From Bacteroidales bacterium (GTDB lineage: Bacteria; Bacteroidota; Bacteroidia; Bacteroidales; VadinHA17), in NCBI GenBank assembly GCA_016936435.1, contig JAFGXX010000219.1:306-64305 (forward strand): a stretch of 64,000 nucleotides of DNA, given 5' to 3'. This document shows positions 60,096-64,000 of this stretch, piece after piece. How positions within the stretch are numbered: the first letter of the stretch is position 1; every line of letters starts with the position of its first letter. The notes under the pieces are model-generated. The model saw nothing but the letters and a program-made list of their open reading frames with translations. It was not told the origin of the DNA and did not search any database. Both the position numbers and the translations under genes were made by a program.

Positions 60096-63068
60096 TCATA
60101 CAGGTTTCATAATTGCACCCATATGTCTCTTCCCGTCTACCATTATCTCAAGAGGCTTCTCAAACCTTACATGCCGCAGAATGCTGTCTTCATATACCGC
60201 TTCCAGACCGTTCAGGTATTCGACATCATAATATCCTTCATCGATAAAAGGATTTATTGTGAAATAGCCGACCCTGAAAGAGGTCAGGTTCTGAAAAAAA
60301 TGGGTTCCCTGGCTGGGATCGATACGATAATTCTTTAGCCCCGACTCAATTATTATCCTTGCAGCCGATATCTGAGACCATTTTACCGGAATACCGAGCC
60401 ACGGATCTGTAGAGCCCCACCTGCCGGGTCCGATGAGTACATACCCTGCATTTTTGTTAACAAACTGTGTATTAAGGTTCTCGACCAAAGCTGCGGTTTC
60501 AGTGTTCTGAGAGGCATTGAAGGATTCAGGTTTTATATATACAAGATCGTGAATACCCTTGAACAAACCGTGCCCGAGAGCCGACAAAGAAAAGATTATC
60601 GTTTTCTCCACAGCTAAGTTTTCGAGATTTATATTGTATGTCTCATCCGAATGGACGATAGGCCTGATCTGGAGGAAATTGAAGATCTTAGGTGTCCCGA
60701 CGGGAGTCTCCAGGTTAACTGCAAATTCAATCTCGATGGGATTATTCATCTCCCTCTGTCCCAGTTCCATGAGGGTTGTGAGAATTTCGGCCAGAGGAAA
60801 GGAGTTGTGCTGGAGTATTCCTGCAAAAGTAATAACCTTCTTTCCACTGTGCAGGATGCCATCGCGTAGAACATTGTTTACCCGGTCATAGGTAGATGCC
60901 AGTTGCCTCATCGCGTAATCATTACCTGCCTCATTTATATCTATGTGGAGGATGTTCACGCCATCGTCAGTGGAAGGGACAAAGCTCTCAATGTTAAGAT
61001 CGAGGGCCCTGAATTCTTTCTGTGAATTGCGGACAGCAGTCTCAGGTGAAGAAAGCTGTAATATCTTTTTCGGATGTTTAGGACAAAAGCGGAGTGAAAG
61101 ACCACCTTCGACAATCAGTTTACCCAGACCGAAAGCCACATTGGCGATACCGTCTTCTGCCTTTTCCGAACCTATGGGATAGTAATTTATCGACCTCGCC
61201 ACACCCGAAATTGTCGGATAGAAAATATCTCCATGTCTGCTACCGCAAATTTCCTGTAGAATGATGCCCATTTTTTCTTCATCGATCACATTTGCGGTAG
61301 CCGTCATGTATGCTTTACTTGCCTTGTAGTAAACCGATGCATATACCTCTTTTATGGCATCCGACATTGCTTTGACCATCTGTTTGTTGTCGGCAAGACG
61401 CGGTATCATGTATGTTGAATATACACCGGCAAAGGGCTGATAATGTGAATCCTCAAGTTTGCTCGACGACCTCACCGCTATAGGATGATTTCTGGACACA
61501 GCCAGGAAGGCGTAGAAATCCTGATAAACTCTCCCCGGAAGTTCGGCATTGATGAACCTGTTCAGAATCTCCTCGTCGGGAAGATCCGATAATGCCACCG
61601 AATAGAGATTGTTGTGGTCCATAAACTCATCGAAGATATCGGTGCTCAGTACTACTGTCCGCGGAATGGTGATCAGGACATCAGGGAAGCGGTTGAAAAG
61701 CTTGTGATTCTTAATGATCCTGTTTATGAAAGCAAGCCCCCTGGCTTTTCCACCTATGGAACCTTCTCCGATACGTGAAAAGATCTGGTACTCGTCGAAG
61801 CTTGTCTTGTCGAATTTTGCTATTACCCCTCGGCCCTTACCCAGACGAAATGAAGAAATTGCAACATAAAGAAACCGTCTCATTTCATCCATCGTGTCAA
61901 AATCATCTTTTCTGACATATTTAAACATCTGTGCAACAGGAAAAAGAGCCCTTGCATTCAGCCATTTCGAGAAATGATTGCGGGTTGCATGATATTCAAG
62001 TGTGTTGTCGGGAATTGTAAGAAGCTTCTGTTGAAGACTTTGCAGATCGGTGGCAATGGCTATGGGTTCAAGAGTCTCGGGATTTCTGAAGACAAAAGGT
62101 CCAAACGCAAGATTCTGAATGATAAAGTTGCGCAACTCCAGGGAAAGTGATTTGGAATATTTATGAATAAATCCTGCCCCCATGCTTTCCGCTTTCTCCT
62201 TGTGTCCGAGATTTGACGATTGTAACAGAAAAGGAACTTTGTCATCATCAGCCATTACCACTTCGCATAACCTGAACCCGGCATTCTCATCAAGGATAGC
62301 GTCTCTCTTATAGCTTATATCGGAGATAACTCCCAGAACATTGTATTTGAATTTATTATAAAGACCAACAGCGTCGTTGAAGTTATTTGCCAGCAGGATC
62401 TTAGGCCGGCCTCTCATTTTAAGCATCCGCTGATGTTCATTAAGAGCTTCTCTTTGAAAATCAAGCGACTGAAGAAGAACTATCTTGTAGATATTGGGAA
62501 GATATGATGAAATATAGCGAATGGAATTCTCTACCAGTATAATGGCCTGAACACCTACATTTTCAATATCATGCTCCGAATTCATCTTATCCTCTAGAAG
62601 CTTTATTATTGCCAGGATGAGAGATGCATCGCCAAGCCAGCAGAATACATAGTCTATTGCGCTCAGATCCTCACCTTCAAGCCGCAACGACACTTCGCGT
62701 GAAAAATATGTTAGGACAACGATAGGAATCCGTTCATGTTTCTCCTTGATCTTTTTAGCCATGGCAAACACATCCGTCCCCTTCAGTGAGAGCATCGAAA
62801 TAACCAGGTCTACGTTCCCCTCACTAAGTATAGTGAAAGCATCGTCGGCATTATCGGTCTGGATGAAAATCGGAGGATACCTGAGGTTGAGGGATACATA
62901 TTCATTAAAGATCTGCTCATCAATTCTTCCATCCTCTTCAAGCATGTAATTGTCGTAATTACTGCAAATCAGAAGCACCCTGTGAATCCGCTTCTGCATT
63001 AAAAGATTGAAGGAGGTATCAGTGAAATCGTATTTCTGAAGATCAACAATTCCGTCAATAATTGTCAT
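60096..63068 (-). CDS. Multidomain protein: two receiver-like domains, a PPDK_N-type ATP-grasp (PEP/pyruvate-binding) domain, and an uncharacterised C-terminal module
   Basis: ATP-grasp blocks GSIGGKARGLAFIN, VRSSSKLEDSHYQPFAGVYSTY, MGIILQEICG and IEIEFAV...FLQIRP. N-terminal CheY-like segments (RVLLICSNYD...DLVISML...IVVLT, and a second one). No GG.TSHAA swivel motif. The C-terminal YVLIGPGRWGSTDPWLGIPV and GTHFFQNLTS are shared with the upstream paralog. Confidence 0.7.
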   Translation of the reverse strand: MTIIDGIVDLQKYDFTDTSFNLLMQKRIHRVLLICSNYDNYMLEEDGRIDEQIFNEYVSLNLRYPPIFIQTDNADDAFTILSEGNVDLVISMLSLKGTDVFAMAKKIKEKHERIPIVVLTYFSREVSLRLEGEDLSAIDYVFCWLGDASLILAIIKLLEDKMNSEHDIENVGVQAIILVENSIRYISSYLPNIYKIVLLQSLDFQREALNEHQRMLKMRGRPKILLANNFNDAVGLYNKFKYNVLGVISDISYKRDAILDENAGFRLCEVVMADDDKVPFLLQSSNLGHKEKAESMGAGFIHKYSKSLSLELRNFIIQNLAFGPFVFRNPETLEPIAIATDLQSLQQKLLTIPDNTLEYHATRNHFSKWLNARALFPVAQMFKYVRKDDFDTMDEMRRFLYVAISSFRLGKGRGVIAKFDKTSFDEYQIFSRIGEGSIGGKARGLAFINRIIKNHKLFNRFPDVLITIPRTVVLSTDIFDEFMDHNNLYSVALSDLPDEEILNRFINAELPGRVYQDFYAFLAVSRNHPIAVRSSSKLEDSHYQPFAGVYSTYMIPRLADNKQMVKAMSDAIKEVYASVYYKASKAYMTATANVIDEEKMGIILQEICGSRHGDIFYPTISGVARSINYYPIGSEKAEDGIANVAFGLGKLIVEGGLSLRFCPKHPKKILQLSSPETAVRNSQKEFRALDLNIESFVPSTDDGVNILHIDINEAGNDYAMRQLASTYDRVNNVLRDGILHSGKKVITFAGILQHNSFPLAEILTTLMELGQREMNNPIEIEFAVNLETPVGTPKIFNFLQIRPIVHSDETYNINLENLAVEKTIIFSLSALGHGLFKGIHDLVYIKPESFNASQNTETAALVENLNTQFVNKNAGYVLIGPGRWGSTDPWLGIPVKWSQISAARIIIESGLKNYRIDPSQGTHFFQNLTSFRVGYFTINPFIDEGYYDVEYLNGLEAVYEDSILRHVRFEKPLEIMVDGKRHMGAIMKPV

Positions 63069-64000
63069 GTCTGTTCATTATTTTCAGTCATTGATATAAC
63101 TGCATATCCCTTTTTGCCATCCATCATAATAATGAGAGGCCTGTTAAACCTTACATGGCTGAAAAAACTCCCTTTCTTTATAAGCTCCTGACATCTTATC
63201 TTTTCCCAGCTCACACTGCCCTTGTGTGAAGCGGTGTTTACTGAAAAATACCCCACATTCATTGAGGTAACGTTATGGAAAAAGTGGGAGCCCAGGGAAG
63301 CATCGAGATGATAACCCGGCAGGTCTGTCTCAACAATGATCCTGGCATTTGATATCTGGGGCCAGGCTACTGGAATACCTATGAACCTGTCGCGTGAGCC
63401 CCATCTTCCGGGTCCTATAAGTATGTACTTCCGCCCTTCACTGATCATGACATCATTTATTTTTTCAATTTCCGATGCCATTTCGACTGTTTTCTGGTTA
63501 TCAAAATCATCAGGGTCGACATAGATCATGTCGGAAATAGTGTCTACAATTCCGTTACCCATACTTCTGGGTGACTCAAGGATAACCTGTTCCATCTCCA
63601 GTGAGGCAGGATCAAATGTATATACAGCACCCCTTCCCACAAGAGGTTTCATCTGCAGAAGGTAGAATGATGCATTACCTTCTTCATCCCTGTTCAGGTC
63701 GACTGCAAACTCAATCTCTGAGGGGTTGCCGGTAGCTTCTGTCACTATGTCAAGAATTGTTTTAAGAGTTGAAGCCAGTGGGATATAGTTATATTTAAGT
63801 ATATCAGCAAAATTTATGACCCTCGGACCCGGAGCATCAAGACCCGGAGTAATGATATCATTGTCAATGTTAAGCACCGATGCACTGTGTTTTATAGTCC
63901 CATGCCTTTCAGCTGTCGCCATATCGAGTTTTGCCAGACCTGCATTTTCACCTTCAAGAAGGTTCAGGTTCTTCTTTTTCATGTCAACGGCATAAAAATG
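63065..64000 (-). CDS. Paralog of the preceding gene (end of the ATP-grasp domain plus the same C-terminal module), 5' end outside the window
   Basis: The frame stays open upstream of the ATG at 63982 up to nt 64000 (HFYAVD-MKKK). The HFYAVDM region aligns with EFRALDL inside the 990-aa paralog, so the gene very probably continues beyond the window. Shared blocks: EIEFAVDL, YLLQMKP, YILIGPGRWGSRDRFIGIPV and GSHFFHNVTS. It overlaps the downstream gene by 4 nt (ATGA). Confidence 0.65.
   Translation of the reverse strand, partial: HFYAVDMKKKNLNLLEGENAGLAKLDMATAERHGTIKHSASVLNIDNDIITPGLDAPGPRVINFADILKYNYIPLASTLKTILDIVTEATGNPSEIEFAVDLNRDEEGNASFYLLQMKPLVGRGAVYTFDPASLEMEQVILESPRSMGNGIVDTISDMIYVDPDDFDNQKTVEMASEIEKINDVMISEGRKYILIGPGRWGSRDRFIGIPVAWPQISNARIIVETDLPGYHLDASLGSHFFHNVTSMNVGYFSVNTASHKGSVSWEKIRCQELIKKGSFFSHVRFNRPLIIMMDGKKGYAVISMTENNEQT

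Noticed and set aside
1-64000. CRISPR arrays, rRNA/tRNA genes, IS elements, integrases and prophage or defence islands
   Set aside because: I saw no direct-repeat/spacer periodicity, no tRNA-like or rRNA-like segments in the intergenic regions, and no transposase, integrase or recombinase motifs in any ORF. Gene content is mostly housekeeping. tRNAscan, Infernal and ISfinder runs would confirm this.

Overview
This is a chromosomal segment from a Bacteroidota-type genome. Three things support that: several type IX secretion (T9SS) components and cargo, TAnnTTTG -7 promoter boxes upstream of many genes, and Na+-NQR together with futalosine-pathway genes. An aldehyde:ferredoxin oxidoreductase (AOR) island suggests an anaerobe. 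I support about 55 protein-coding genes. I found no rRNA, tRNA, CRISPR array, transposase or integrase.

Content from left to right:
- a 5'-truncated large glycoside-hydrolase-like gene and a FadL-like outer-membrane channel
- a repeat-containing lipoprotein, a non-SusC TonB-dependent receptor and an OmpR/histidine-kinase pair
- an alpha/beta hydrolase and a 1179-aa CotH/LTD T9SS cargo
- a NUDIX-HEAT fusion with an HsdR_N-domain gene, then amn-holA and yqgE
- an orphan HprK/PEPCK-like P-loop protein and a fused E1 alpha/beta 2-oxoacid dehydrogenase
- the complete nqrABCDEF-apbE operon, facing a small Cys-rich membrane ORF
- a T9SS plug-like gene
- a co-directional AOR, Wtp/Mod-type ABC transporter and moeA-moaA-moaC-mog island, with thiF/thiS-like genes divergent from it
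- an FtsB-like gene and a GT2-OmpH-PorP/SprF run
- an ECF sigma factor followed by a membrane-anchored PKD protein with a type-B T9SS C-terminal domain
- proline dehydrogenase, nitroreductase, an M28 peptidase, an SQR-like flavoprotein, mqnD-mqnB, PTPS-folE and fabD
- two translationally coupled PPDK_N ATP-grasp paralogs at the right edge, the upstream one 5'-truncated by the window end

The most interesting candidates:
1. The tandem ATP-grasp paralogs share an unrecognised C-terminal module and have no swivel-His domain.
2. The sigma / anti-sigma-position / T9SS-cargo / PorP module.
3. The orphan HprK-like protein.
4. A possible NqrM analog next to nqr-apbE.
5. The lipoprotein / TonB-receptor / two-component locus.

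All family assignments come from motif recognition by eye. No database search was run.
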